Origin: Eledone cirrhosa | Taxonomy: Eukaryota | Direction: 5' to 3' | Assembly: GCA_964016885.1 (NCBI GenBank) | Contig: OZ024745.1 | Span: 8,122,001 to 8,186,000, forward strand | DNA: 64,000 nt | In this document: piece by piece, positions 37,301-51,100 of the stretch | How the letters are laid out: each line of letters opens with the position of its first letter | How positions within the stretch are numbered: position 1 is the stretch's first letter | Notes under the pieces: model-generated | Seen by the model: only the letters and a program-made list of their open reading frames with translations | What the model was told of the DNA's origin: nothing | Database searches by the model: none | Made by a program: the position numbers and the translations under genes

Positions 37301-40300
37301 AGTGTAGAGACAGTACTATATACCTTGTTATTCCTGGTAGACTGTAGAGGCAGTACTATATACCTTATTATTACTGGTATACGGTAGAGGGAGTACTATA
37401 TACCTTGTTATTCCTGGTTGACTGTAGAGGCAGTATTATATACCTTGTTATTCCTGGTAGACTGTAGAGGCAGTACTATATACCTTATTATTCCTGGTAG
37501 AGTGTAGAGGCAGTACTATATACCTTATTATTCCTGGTAGAGTGTAGAGACAGTACTATATACCTTGTTATTCCCGGAAGACTGTAGAGGCAGTACTATA
37601 TACCTTACTTTTCCTGGTAGAGTGTAGAGGCAGAACTATATACCTTATTATTCCTGGTAGACTGTAGAGACAGTACTATATACCTTGTTATTCCTGGTAG
37701 ACTGTAGAGGCAGTACTATATACCTTATTATTGCTGGTAGAGTGTAGAGGCAGTACTATATACCTTATTATTCCTGGTAGAGTGTAGAGGCAGTACCATA
37801 TACCTTGTTATACCTGGTAGACTGTAGAGGCAGTACTATATACCTTGTTATTCCTGGTAGACTGTAGAGGCAGTACTATATACCTTGTTATTCCTGGTAG
37901 AATTTAGAGACAGTACTATATACCTTATTATACCTGGTAGACTGTAGAGGCAGTACTATATACCTTGTTATTCCTGGAAGACTGTAGAGGCAGTACTGTA
38001 CACCTTGTTATTCCTGGTAGAGTGTAGAGGCAGTACTATATACCTTGTTATTCCTGGTAGAGTGTAGAGGGAGTACTATATACCTTATTATTCCTGGTAG
38101 AGTGTAGAGGCAGTACTATATACCTTATTATTCCTGGTAGACTGTAGAGGCTGTACTATATACCTTATTATTCCTGGTAGAGTTGGTAGAGTGTAGAGGC
38201 AGTACTATATACCTTATTATTCCAGATAGAGTGTAGAGGCAGTACTATATACCTTGTTATTCCTGGTAGAGTGTAGAGGCAGTACTATATACCTTGTTAT
38301 TCCTGGTAGAGTGTAGAGGCAGTATTATATACCTTGTTATACCTGGTAGACAGTAGAGGCAGTACTATATACCTTATTATTCCTGGTATACGGTAGAGGC
38401 AGTGCTATATTCCTTGTTATTCCTGGTAGAGTGTAGAGGCAGTACTATATACCTTATTATTCCTGGTAGACTGTACAGGCAGTACTATATACCTTTTTAT
38501 TCCTGGTAGAGTGTAGAGGCAGTACTATATACCTTATTATTCCTGGTAGACTGTAGAGGCAGTACTATATACCTTATTATTCCTGGTAGACTGTAGAGGC
38601 AGTACTATATATCTTTTTATTCCTCGTAGAGTGTAGCGGCAGTACGATATACCTTGTTATTCCTGGTATAGTGTAGAGGCAGTACTATATACCTTGTTAT
38701 TCCTGGTATAGTGTAGAGGCAGTACTATATACCTTGTTATTCCTGGTAGACTTTAGAGGCAGTACTATATACTTTATTATTCCTGGTAGAGTGTATAGAC
38801 AGTACTATATACCTTATAATTCCTGGAAGAGTGTTGAGGCAGTACTAAATACCTTATTATTCCTGGTAGAATGTAGAGGCAGTACTATATACCGTATTAT
38901 TCCTGGTAGACTGTAGAGGCAGTACTATATACCTTATTATTCCTGGTAGACTGTATAGGCAGTACTATATACCTTATTATTCCTGGTAGAGTATAGAGGC
39001 AGTACTATATACATTATTATATCTGGTAGAGTGTAGAGACAGTACTATATACCTTTTTATTCCTGGTAGAGTGTAGAAGCAGTACTATATACCTTATTAT
39101 TCCTGGTAGACTGTAGAGGCAGTACTATATACCTTATTATTCCTGGTAGACTGTAGAGGCAGTACTATATACCTTTTTATTCCTCGTAGAGTGTAGCGGC
39201 AGTACGATATACCTTGTTATTCCTGGTATAGTGTAGAGGCAGTACTATATACCTTCTTATTCCTGGTATAGTGTAGAGGCAGTACTATATACCTTGTTAT
39301 TCCTGGTTGACTTTAGAGGCAGTACTATATACTTTATTATTCCTGGTAGAGTGTATAGACAGTACTATATACCTTATAATTCCTGGAAGAGTGTTGAGGC
39401 AGTACTAAATACCTTATTATTCCTGGTAGAATGTAGAGGCAGTACTATATACCGTATTATTCCTGGTAGATTGTAGAGGCAGTACTATATACCTTATTAT
39501 TCCTGGTAGACTGTATAGGCAGTACTATATACCTTATTATTCCTGGTAGAGTATAGAGGCAGTACTATATACATTATTATATCTGGTAGAGTGTAGAGAC
39601 AGTACTATATAACTTTTTATTCCTGGTAGAGTGTAGAGGGAGTACTATATACCTTGTCATTCCTGGTAGACTGTAGAGGCAGTACTATATACCTTGTTAT
39701 TCCTGGTAGACTGTAGAGACAGTACTATATACATTATTATACCTGGTAGACTGTAGAGGCAGTATTATATACCTTGTTATTCCTGGTAGACTGTAGAGGC
39801 AGTACTATATACCTTATTATATCGGGTAGACTGTAGAGGCAGTACTATATACCTTGTTATTCCTGCTAGACTGTAGAGGCAGTACTATATACATTATTAT
39901 TCCTGGTAGACGGTAGAGGCAGTACTATATACCTTATTATTCCTGGTAGACTGTAGAGGCAGTACTATATACATTATTATTCCTGGTAGATTGTAGAGGC
40001 AGTACTATATACCTTATTATTCCTGGTAAACTGTAGAGACAGTACTATATACCTAATTATTCTTGGTAGACTGTAGAGACAGTACTATATACATTATTAT
40101 TCCTGGTAGACTGTAGAGGCAGTACTATATACCTTATTATTCCTGGTAGACTGTAGAGACAGTACTATATACCTTGTTATTCCTGGTAGACTGTAGAGAC
40201 AGTAATATATACCTTATTATTCCTGGTAGAGTGTAGAGGCAGTACTATATACCTTATTATTCCTGGTAGACTGTAGAGGCAGTACTATATACCTTATTAT

Positions 40301-42100
40301 TCCTGGTAAACTGTAGAGGCAGTACTATATACCTTATTATTCCTGGTAGACTGTAGAGGGAGTACTATATACCTTATTATTCCTGGTAGACTGTAGAGGC
40401 AGTACTATATACCTTATAATTACTGGTAGAGTGTAGAGGCAGTACTATATACCTTGTTATTCCAGATAGAGTGTAGAGGCAGTACTATATAGCTTATTAT
40501 TCCTGGTAGAGTGTAGAGGCAGTACTATATACATTATTATTCCTGGTAGACTGTAGAGACAGTACTATATACCTTGTTATTCCTGGTAGACTGTAGAGAC
40601 AGTAATATATACCTTATTATTCCTGGTAGAATGTTGAGGCAGTAATATATACATTAATATTCCTGGTAGACTGTAGAGGCAGTACTATATACCTTAGTAT
40701 TCATGGTAGACTGTAGAGGCAGTACTATATACATTATTATATCTGGTAGAGTGTAGAGGCAGTACTATATACCTTATTATTCCTGGTAGAGTATAGAGGC
40801 AGTACTATATACATTATTATATCTGGTAGAGTGTAGAGGCAGTACTATATACCTTATTATTCCTGGTAGACTGTAGAGACAATACTATATACCTTATTAT
40901 TCCTGGTATACTGTAGAGGCAGTACTATATACATTGTTATTCCTGGTAGACTGTAGAGACAGTACTATATACCTTGTTATTCCAGATAGAGTGTAGAGGC
41001 AGTACTATATACCTTATTATTCCTGGTAGACTGTAGAGACAGTACTATATACCTTGTTATTCCAGATAGAGTGTAGAGGCAGTACTATATACCTTATTAT
41101 TCCTGGTAGACTGTAGAGGCAGTACTATATACCTTATTATTCCTGGTAGAATGTAGAGGCAGTACTATATACCTTATTATTCCTGGTAGACTGTAGAGGC
41201 CGTACTATATACCTACCTTTTTATTCCTGGTAGAGTGTAGAGGCAGTACTATATACCTTGTTATTCCTGGTATAGTGTAGAGGCTGTATTAAATACCTTG
41301 TTATTCCTGGTAGACTGTAGATGCAGTACTATATACCTTGTTATTCCTGGTAGACTGTTGAGGCAGTACTATATACCTTGTTATTCCTGATAGACTGTAG
41401 AGGCAGTACTATATACATTCTAATTCTTGGTAGACTGTAGAAGCAGTACTATATACCTTATTATTCCTGGTAGACTGTAGAGGCAGTACTATATACCTTG
41501 TTATTCCAGGTAGAGTGTAGAGGCAGTACTATATACCTTTTTATTCCTGGTAGAGTGTAGAGGCAGTACTATATACCTTGTTATTCCAGGTAGAGTGTAG
41601 AGGCAGTACTATATACATTTGTTATTCCAGATAGAGTGTAGAGGCAGTACTATATACCTTATAATTCCTGGTAGAGCGTAGAGGCAGTAATATATACCTT
41701 ATTATTCCTGGTAGACTCTAGAGGCAGTACTATATACCTTGTTATTCCAGGTAGAGTGTAGAGGCAGTACTATATACCTTGTTATTCCTGGTATAGTGTA
41801 GAGGCTGTACTATATACCTTGTTATTCCTGGTAGACTGTAGATGCAGTACTATATACCTTGTTATTCCTGGTAGACGGTTGAGGCAGTACTATATACCTT
41901 GTTATTCCTGATAGACTGTAGAGGCAGTACTATATACCTTCTAATTCCTGGTAGACTGTAGAAGCAGTACTATATACCTTATTATTCCTGGTAGACTGTA
42001 GAGGCAGTACTATATACCTTTTTATTCCTGGTAGAGTGTGAGACAGTACTATATACCTTTTTATTCCTGGTATACTGTAGAGACAGTACTATATACCTTA
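31400..42100. repeat. Older duplication with a period of about 5493 bp
   Basis: GAAGAGG..GAGAGAG block 31451/36944, stop-free variant run 33801/39294, TACCTACC 35721/41214. The offset drifts locally by whole monomers and the boundaries are approximate. Confidence 0.8.
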
Positions 42101-45100
42101 TTATTCCTGGTAGACTGTAGAGGGAGTACTATATACCTTATTATTCCTGGTAGATTGTAGAGGCAGTACTATATACCTTATTATTCCTGGTAGAGTGTAT
42201 AGACAGTACTATATACCTTATTATTCCTGGTAGAGTGTAGAGGCGGTACTATATACCTTGTTATTCCTGGTAGACTGTAGAGGCAGTACTCTATACCTTA
42301 TTATTCCTGGTAGACTGTAGAGGCATTACTATATACCTTGTTATTCCTAGTAGACTGTAGAGGCAGTACTATATACCTTGTTATTCCTGGTAGACTGTAG
42401 AAGCAATACTATATAGCTTGTTATACCTGGTAGACTGTAGAGGCAGTACTATATACTTTTTATTCCTGGTAGAGTGTAGAGGCAGTACTATATACTTTTT
42501 ATTCCTGGTAGAGTGTAGAGGCAGTACTATATACCTTGTTATTCCTGGTATAGTGTAGAGGCAGTAATATATACCTTATTATTCCTGGTAGAGTGTAGAG
42601 GCAGTATTATATACCTTGTTATTCCTGGAAGACTGTAGAGGCAGTACTATATACCTTATTATTCCTGGTAGACTGTAGAGACAGTACTATATACCTTATT
42701 ATTCCAGATAGACTGTAGAGACAGTACTATATACCTTGTTATTCCTGGTAGAGTGTATAGACAGTACTATATACCTAATTATTCCTGGTAGACTGTAGAG
42801 ACAGTACTATATACCTTATTATTCCTGGTAGACTGTAGAGACAGTACTATATACCTTGTTATTCCTGGTAGACTGTAGAGGCAGTACTATATACATTATT
42901 ATTCCTGGTAGACTGTAGAGGCAGTACTATATACCTTATTATTCCTGGTAGACTGTAGAGACAGTACTATATACCTTGTTATTCCTGGTAGAGTGTATAG
43001 ACAGTACTATATACCTTATTATTCCTGGTAGACTGTAGAGACAGTACTATATACCTTATTATTCCTGGTAGACTGTAGAGACAGTACTATATACGTTATT
43101 ATACCTGGTAGACTGTAGAGGCAGTACTATGTACCTTATTATTCCTGGTAGACTGTAGAGGCAGTACTATATACCTTTTTATTCCTGGTAGAGTGTAGAG
43201 GCAGTACTATATACCTTTTTATTCCTGGTAGAGTGTAGAGGCAGTACTATATACCTTGTTATTCCAGGTAGAGTGTAGAGGCAGTACTATATACCTTATT
43301 ATTCCTGGTAGACTGTAGAGGCAGTACTATATACCTTTTTATTCCTGGTAGAGTGTAGAGGCAGTACTATATACCTTTTTATTCCTGGTAGAGTGTAGAG
43401 GCAGTACTATATACCTTGTTATTCCAGGTAGAGTGTAGAGGCAGTACTATATACCTTATTATTCCTGGTATACTGTAGAGGCAGTACTATATACATTGTA
43501 ATTCCTGGTAGACTGTAGAGACAGTACTATATACCTTGTTATTCCAGATAGAGTGTAGAGGCAGTACTATATACCTTATTATTCCTGGTAGACTGTAGAG
43601 ACAGTACTATATACCTTGTTATTCCAGGTAGAGTGTAGAGGCAGTACTATATACATTGTTATTCCTGGTAGAGTGTAGAGGCAGTACTATATACCTTATT
43701 ATTCCTGGTAGAGTGTAGAGGCAGTACTATATACTTTATTATTCCTGGTATACTGTAGAGGCAGTACTATGTACCTTATTATTCCTGGTAGACTGTAGAG
43801 GCAGTACTATATATCTTGTTATTCCAGGTAGACTGTAGAGGCAGTACTATATACCTTTTTATTCCTGGTAGAGTGTAGAGGCAGTACTATATACCTTTTT
43901 ATTCCTGGTAGAGTGTAGAGGCAGTACTATATACCTTGTTATTCCAGGTAGAGTGTAGAGGCAGTACTATATACCTTATTATTCCTGGTAGACTGTAGAG
44001 GCAGTACTATATACCTTTTTATTCCTGGTAGAGTGTAGAGGCAGTACTATATACCTTTTTATTCCTGGTAGAGTGTAGAGGCAGTACTATATACCTTGTT
44101 ATTCCAGGTAGAGTGTAGAGGCAGTACTATATACCTTATTATTCCTGGTATAATGTAGAGGCAGTACTATATACATTGTTATTCCTGGTAGACTGTAGAG
44201 ACAGTACTATATACCTTGTTATTCCAGATAGAGTGTAGAGGCAGTACTATATACCTTATTATTCCTGGTAGACTGTAGAGACAGTACTATATACCTTGTT
44301 ATTCCAGATAGAGTGTAGAGGCAGTACTATATACCTTATTATTCCTGGTAGACTGTAGAGGCAGTACTATATACCTTATTATTCCTGGTAGAATGTAGAG
44401 GCAGTACTATATACCTTATTATTCCTGGTAGACTGTAGAGGCCGTACTATATACCTACCTTTTTATTCCTGGTAGAGTGTAGAGGCAGTACTATATACCT
44501 TGTTATTCCTGGTATAGTGTAGAGGCTGTATTAAATACCTTGTTATTCCTGGTAGACTGTAGATGCAGTACTATATACCTTGTTATTCCTGGTAGACTGT
44601 TGAGGCAGTACTATATACCTTGTTATTCCTGATAGACTGTAGAGGCAGTACTATATACATTCTAATTCTTGGTAGACTGTAGAAGCAGTACTATATACCT
44701 TATTATTCCTGGTAGACTGTAGAGGCAGTACTATATACCTTGTTATTCCAGGTAGAGTGTAGAGGCAGTACTATATACCTTTTTATTCCTGGTAGAGTGT
44801 AGAGGCAGTACTATATACCTTGTTATTCCAGGTAGAGTGTAGAGGCAGTACTATATACATTTGTTATTCCAGATAGAGTGTAGAGGCAGTACTATATACC
44901 TTATAATTCCTGGTAGAGCGTAGAGGCAGTAATATATACCTTATTATTCCTGGTAGACTCTAGAGGCAGTACTATATACCTTGTTATTCCAGGTAGAGTG
45001 TAGAGGCAGTACTATATACCTTGTTATTCCTGGTATAGTGTAGAGGCTGTACTATATACCTTGTTATTCCTGGTAGACTGTAGATGCAGTACTATATACC

Positions 45101-48100
45101 TTGTTATTCCTGGTAGACGGTTGAGGCAGTACTATATACCTTGTTATTCCTGATAGACTGTAGAGGCAGTACTATATACCTTCTAATTCCTGGTAGACTG
45201 TAGAAGCAGTACTATATACCTTATTATTCCTGGTAGACTGTAGAGGCAGTACTATATACCTTGTTATTCCAGGTAGAGTGTAGAGGCAGTACTATATACC
45301 TTATTATTCCTGGTAGACTGTAGAGGCAGTACTATATACCTTTTTATTCCTGGTAGAGTGTAGAGGCAGTACTATATACCTTTTTATTCCTGGTAGAGTG
45401 TAGAGGCAGTACTATATACCTTGTTATTCCAGGTAGAGTGTAGAGGCAGTACTATATACCTTATTATTCCTGGTATACTGTAGAGGCAGTACTATATACA
45501 TTGTTATTCCTGGTAGACTGTAGAGACAGTACTATATACCTTGTTATTCCAGATAGAGTGTAGAGGCAGTACTATATACCTTATTATTCCTGGTAGACTG
45601 TAGAGACAGTACTATATACCTTTTTATTCCTGGTAGAGTGTAGAGGCAGTACTATATACCTTGTTATTCCAGGTAGAGTGTAGAGGCAGTACTATATACA
45701 TTGTTATTCCTGGTAGAGTGTAGAGGCAGTACTATATACCTTATTATTCCTGGTAGAGTGTAGAGGCAGTACTATATACTTTATTATTCCTGGTATACTG
45801 TAGAGGCAGTACTATGTACCTTATTATTCTTGGTAGACTGTAGAGGCAGTACTATATATCTTGTTATTCCAGGTAGACTGTAGAGGCAGTACTATATACC
45901 TTTTTATTCCTGGTAGAGTGTAGAGGCAGTACTATATACCTTTTTATTCCTGGTAGAGTGTAGAGGCAGTACTATATACCTTGTTATTCCAGGTAGAGTG
46001 TAGAGGCAGTACTATATACCTTATTATTCCTGGTAGACTGCAGAGGCAGTACTATATACCTTTTTATTCCTGGTAGAGTGTAGAGGCAGTACTATATACC
46101 TTTTTATTCCTGGTAGAGTGTAGAGGCAGTACTATATACCTTGTTATTGCAGGTAGAGTGTAGAGGCAGTACTATATACCTTATTATTCCTGGTATACTG
46201 TAGAGGCAGTACTATATACATTGTTATTCCTGGTAGACTGTAGAGACAGTACTATATACCTTGTTATTCCAGATAGAGTGTAGAGGCAGTACTATATACC
46301 TTATTATTCCTGGTAGACTGTAGAGACAGTACTATATACCTTGTTATTCCAGATAGAGTGTAGAGGCAGTACTATATACCTTATTATTCCTGGTAGACTG
46401 TAGAGGCAGTAATATATACCTTATTATTCCTGGTAGAATGTAGAGGCAGTACTATATACCTTATTATTCCTGGTAGACTGTAGAGGCCGTACTATATACC
46501 TACCTTTTTATTCCTGGTAGAGTGTAGAGGCAGTACTATATACCTTGTTATTCCTGGTATAGTGTAGAGGCTGTATTAAATACCTTGTTATTCCTGGTAG
46601 ACTGTAGATGCAGTACTATATACCTTGTTATTCCTGGTAGACTGTTGAGGCAGTACTATATACCTTGTTATTCCTGATAGACTGTAGAGGCAGTACTATA
46701 TACATTCTAATTCTTGGTAGACTGTAGAAGCAGTACTATATACCTTATTATTCCTGGTAGACTGTAGAGGCAGTACTATATACCTTGTTATTCCAGGTAG
46801 AGTGTAGAGGCAGTACTATATACCTTTTTATTCCTGGTAGAGTGTAGAGGCAGTACTATATACCTTGTTATTCCAGGTAGAGTGTAGAGGCAGTACTATA
46901 TACATTTGTTATTCCAGATAGAGTGTAGAGGCAGTACTATATACCTTATAATTCCTGGTAGAGCGTAGAGGCAGTAATATATACCTTATTATTCCTGGTA
47001 GACTCTAGAGGCAGTACTATATACCTTGTTATTCCAGGTAGAGTGTAGAGGCAGTACTATATACCTTGTTATTCCTGGTATAGTGTAGAGGCTGTACTAT
47101 ATACCTTGTTATTCCTGGTAGACTGTAGATGCAGTACTATATACCTTGTTATTCCTGGTAGACGGTTGAGGCAGTACTATATACCTTGTTATTCCTGATA
47201 GACTGTAGAGGCAGTACTATATACCTTCTAATTTCTGGTAGACTGTAGAAGCAGTACTATATACCTTATTATTCCTGGTAGACTGTAGAGGCAGTACTAT
47301 ATACCTTTTTATTCCTGGTAGAGTGTGAGACAGTACTATATACCTTTTTATTCCTGGTATACTGTAGAGACAGTACTATATACCTTATTATTCCTGGTAG
47401 ACTGTAGAGGGAGTACTATATACCTTATTATTCCTGGTAGATTGTAGAGGCAGTACTATATACCTTATTATTCCTGGTAGAGTGTATAGACAGTACTATA
47501 TACCTTATTATTCCTGGTAGAGTGTAGAGGCGGTACTATATACCTTGTTATTCCTGGTAGACTGTAGAGGCAGTACTCTATACCTTATTATTCCTGGTAG
47601 ACTGTAGAGGCATTATTATATACCTTGTTATTCCTAGTAGACTGTAGAGGCAGTACTATATACCTTGTTATTCCTGGTAGACTGTAGAAGCAGTACTATA
47701 TAGCTTGTTATACCTGGTAGACTGTAGAGGCAGTACTATATACTTTTTATTCCTGGTAGAGTGTAGAGGCAGTACTATATACCTTGTTATTCCTGGTATA
47801 GTGTAGAGGCAGTAATATATACCTTATTATTCCTGGTAGAGTGTAGAGGCAGTATTATATACCTTGTTATTCCTGGAAGACTGTAGAGGCAGTACTATAT
47901 ACCTTATTATTCCTGGTAGACTGTAGAGACAGTACTATATACCTTATTATTCCAGATAGACTGTAGAGACAGTACTATATACCTTGTTATTCCTGGTAGA
48001 GTGTATAGACAGTACTATATACCTAATTATTCCTGGTAGACTGTAGAGACAGTACTATATACCTTATTATTCCTGGTAGACTGTAGAGACAGTACTATAT

Positions 48101-51100
48101 ACCTTGTTATTCCTGGTAGACTGTAGAGGCAGTACTATATACATTATTATTCCTGGTAGACTGTAGAGGCAGTACTATATACCTTATTATTCCTGGTAGA
48201 CTGTAGAGACAGTACTATATACCTTGTTATTCCTGGTAGAGTGTATAGACAGTACTATATACCTTATTATTCCTGGTAGACTGTAGAGACAGTACTATAT
48301 ACCTTATTATTCCTGGTAGACTGTAGAGACAGTACTATATACGTTATTATACCTGGTAGACTGTAGAGGCAGTACTATGTACCTTATTATTCCTGGTAGA
48401 CTGTAGAGGCAGTACTATATATCTTGTTATTCCAGGTAGACTGTAGAGGCAGTACTATATACCTTTTTATTCCTGGTAGAGTGTAGAGGCAGTACTATAT
48501 ACCTTTTTATTCCTGGTAGAGTGTAGAGGCAGTACTATATACCTTGTTATTCCAGGTAGAGTGTAGAGGCAGTACTATATACCTTATTATTCCTGGTAGA
48601 ATGTAGAGGCAGTACTATATACCTTGTTATTCCTGGTAGAGTGTAGAGGCAGTACTATATACCTATGTTATTCCTGATAGAGTGTAGAGGAAGTACTATA
48701 TACCTTATTATTCCTGGTAGAGTGTAGAGGCAGTACTATATACCTTGTTATTCCTGGTAGAGTGTAGAGGCAGTACTATATACTTTGTTATTCCAGATAG
48801 AGTGTAGAGGCAGTAATATATACCTTATTATTCCTGGTAGAGCGTAGAGGCAGTAATATATACCTTATTATTCCTGGTAGAGTGTAGAGGCAGTACTATA
48901 TACCTTATTATTCCTGGTAGAGTGTAGAGGCAGTACTATATACATTGTTATTCCTGGTAGAGTGTAGAGGCAGTACTATATACCTTATTATTCCTGGTAG
49001 AGTGTAGAGGCAGTACTATATACTTTATTATTCCTGGTAGAGTGTAGAGGCAGTACTATATACCTTATTATTCCTGGTAGAGTGTAGAGGCAGTACTATA
49101 TACCTTATTATTCCTGGTAGACTGTAGAGGCAGTACTATATACCTTGTTATTCCTGGTAGATTGTAGAGGCTGTACTATATACCTTGTTATTCCTGGTAG
49201 AGTGTAGAGGCAGTACTATATACCTTGTTATTCGTGGTAGACTATAGAGGCAGTACTATATACCTTGTTATTCCTGGTAGGCTGTAGAGGCAGTACTATA
49301 TACCTTATTATTCCTGGTAGACTGTAGAGGCAGTACTATATACCTTATTATTCCTGGTAGACTCTAGAGGCAGTACTATATACCTTGTTATTCCTGGTAG
49401 ACTGTAGAGGCTGTACTATATACCTTGTTATTCCAGGTAGACTGTAGAGGCAGTACTATATGCCTTATTATTCCTGGTAGACTGTAGAGGCAGTACTATA
49501 TACCTTGTTATTCCTGGTAGACAGTAGAGGCAGTACTATATAGCTTGTTATACCTGGTAGACTGTAGAGGCAGTACTATATACCTTCTAATTCCTGGTAG
49601 ACTGTAGAAGCAGTACTATATACCTTATTATTCCTGGTAGACTGTAGAGGCAGTACTATATACCTTTTTATTCCTGGTAGAGTGTGAGACAGTACTATAT
49701 ACCTTTTTATTCCTGGTATACTGTAGAGACAGTACTATATACCTTATTATTCCTGGTAGACTGTAGAGGGAGTACTATATACCTTATTATTCCTGGTAGA
49801 TTGTAGAGGCAGTACTATATACCTTATTATTCCTGGTAGAGTGTATAGACAGTACTATATACCTTATTATTCCTGGTAGAGTGTAGAGGCGGTACTATAT
49901 ACCTTGTTATTCCTGGTAGACTGTAGAGGCAGTACTCTATACCTTATTATTCCTGGTAGACTGTAGAGGCATTACTATATACCTTGTTATTCCTAGTAGA
50001 CTGTAGAGGCAGTACTATATACCTTGTTATTCCTGGTAGACTGTAGAGGCAGTACTATATAGCTTGTTATACCTGGTAGACTGTAGAGGCAGTACTATAT
50101 ACTTTTTATTCCTGGTAGAGTGTAGAGGCAGTACTATATACCTTGTTATTCCTGGTATATTGTAGAGGCAGTAATATATACCTTATTATTCCTGGTAGAG
50201 TGTAGAGGCAGTATTATATACATTGTTATTCCTGGAAGACTGTAGAGGCAGTACTATATACCTTATTATTCCTGGTAGACTGTAGAGACAGTACTATATA
50301 CCTTATTATTCCAGATAGACTGTAGAGACAGTACTATATACCTTGTTATTCCTGGTAGAGTGTATAGACAGTACTATATACCTAATTATTCCTGGTAGAC
50401 TGTAGAGACAGTACTATATACCTTATTATTCCTGGTAGACTGTAGAGACAGTACTATATACCTTGTTATTCCTGGTAGACTGTAGAGGCAGTACTATATA
50501 CCTTATTATTCCTGGTAGACTGTAGAGACAGTACTATATACCTTATTATTCCTGGTAGAGTGTAGAGGCAGTACTATATACATTATTATTCCTGGTAGAC
50601 TGTAGAGGCAGTACTATATACCTTATTATTCCTGGTAGACTGTAGAGACAGTACTATATACCTTGTTATTCCTGGTAGAGTGTATAGACAGTACTATATA
50701 CCTTATTATTCCTGGTAGACTGTAGAGACAGTACTATATACCTTATTATTCCTGGTAGACTGTAGAGACAGTACTATATACGTTATTATACCTGGTAGAC
50801 TGTAGAGGCAGTACTATGTACCTTATTATTCCTGGTAGACTGTAGAGGCAGTACTATATATCTTGTTATTCCAGGTAGACTGTAGAGGCAGTACTATATA
50901 CCTTTTTATTCCTGGTAGAGTGTAGAGGCAGTACTATATACCTTTTTATTCCTGGTAGAGTGTAGAGGCAGTACTATATACCTTGTTATTCCAGGTAGAG
51001 TGTAGAGGCAGTACTATATACCTTATTATTCCTGGTAGAATGTAGAGGCAGTACTATATACCTTGTTATTCCTGGTAGAGTGTAGAGGCAGTACTATATA

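Noticed and set aside
33801-39476. Three near-identical 60-aa ORFs
   Set aside because: These are chance stop-free runs of variant monomers copied by block duplication; they are useful only as markers.
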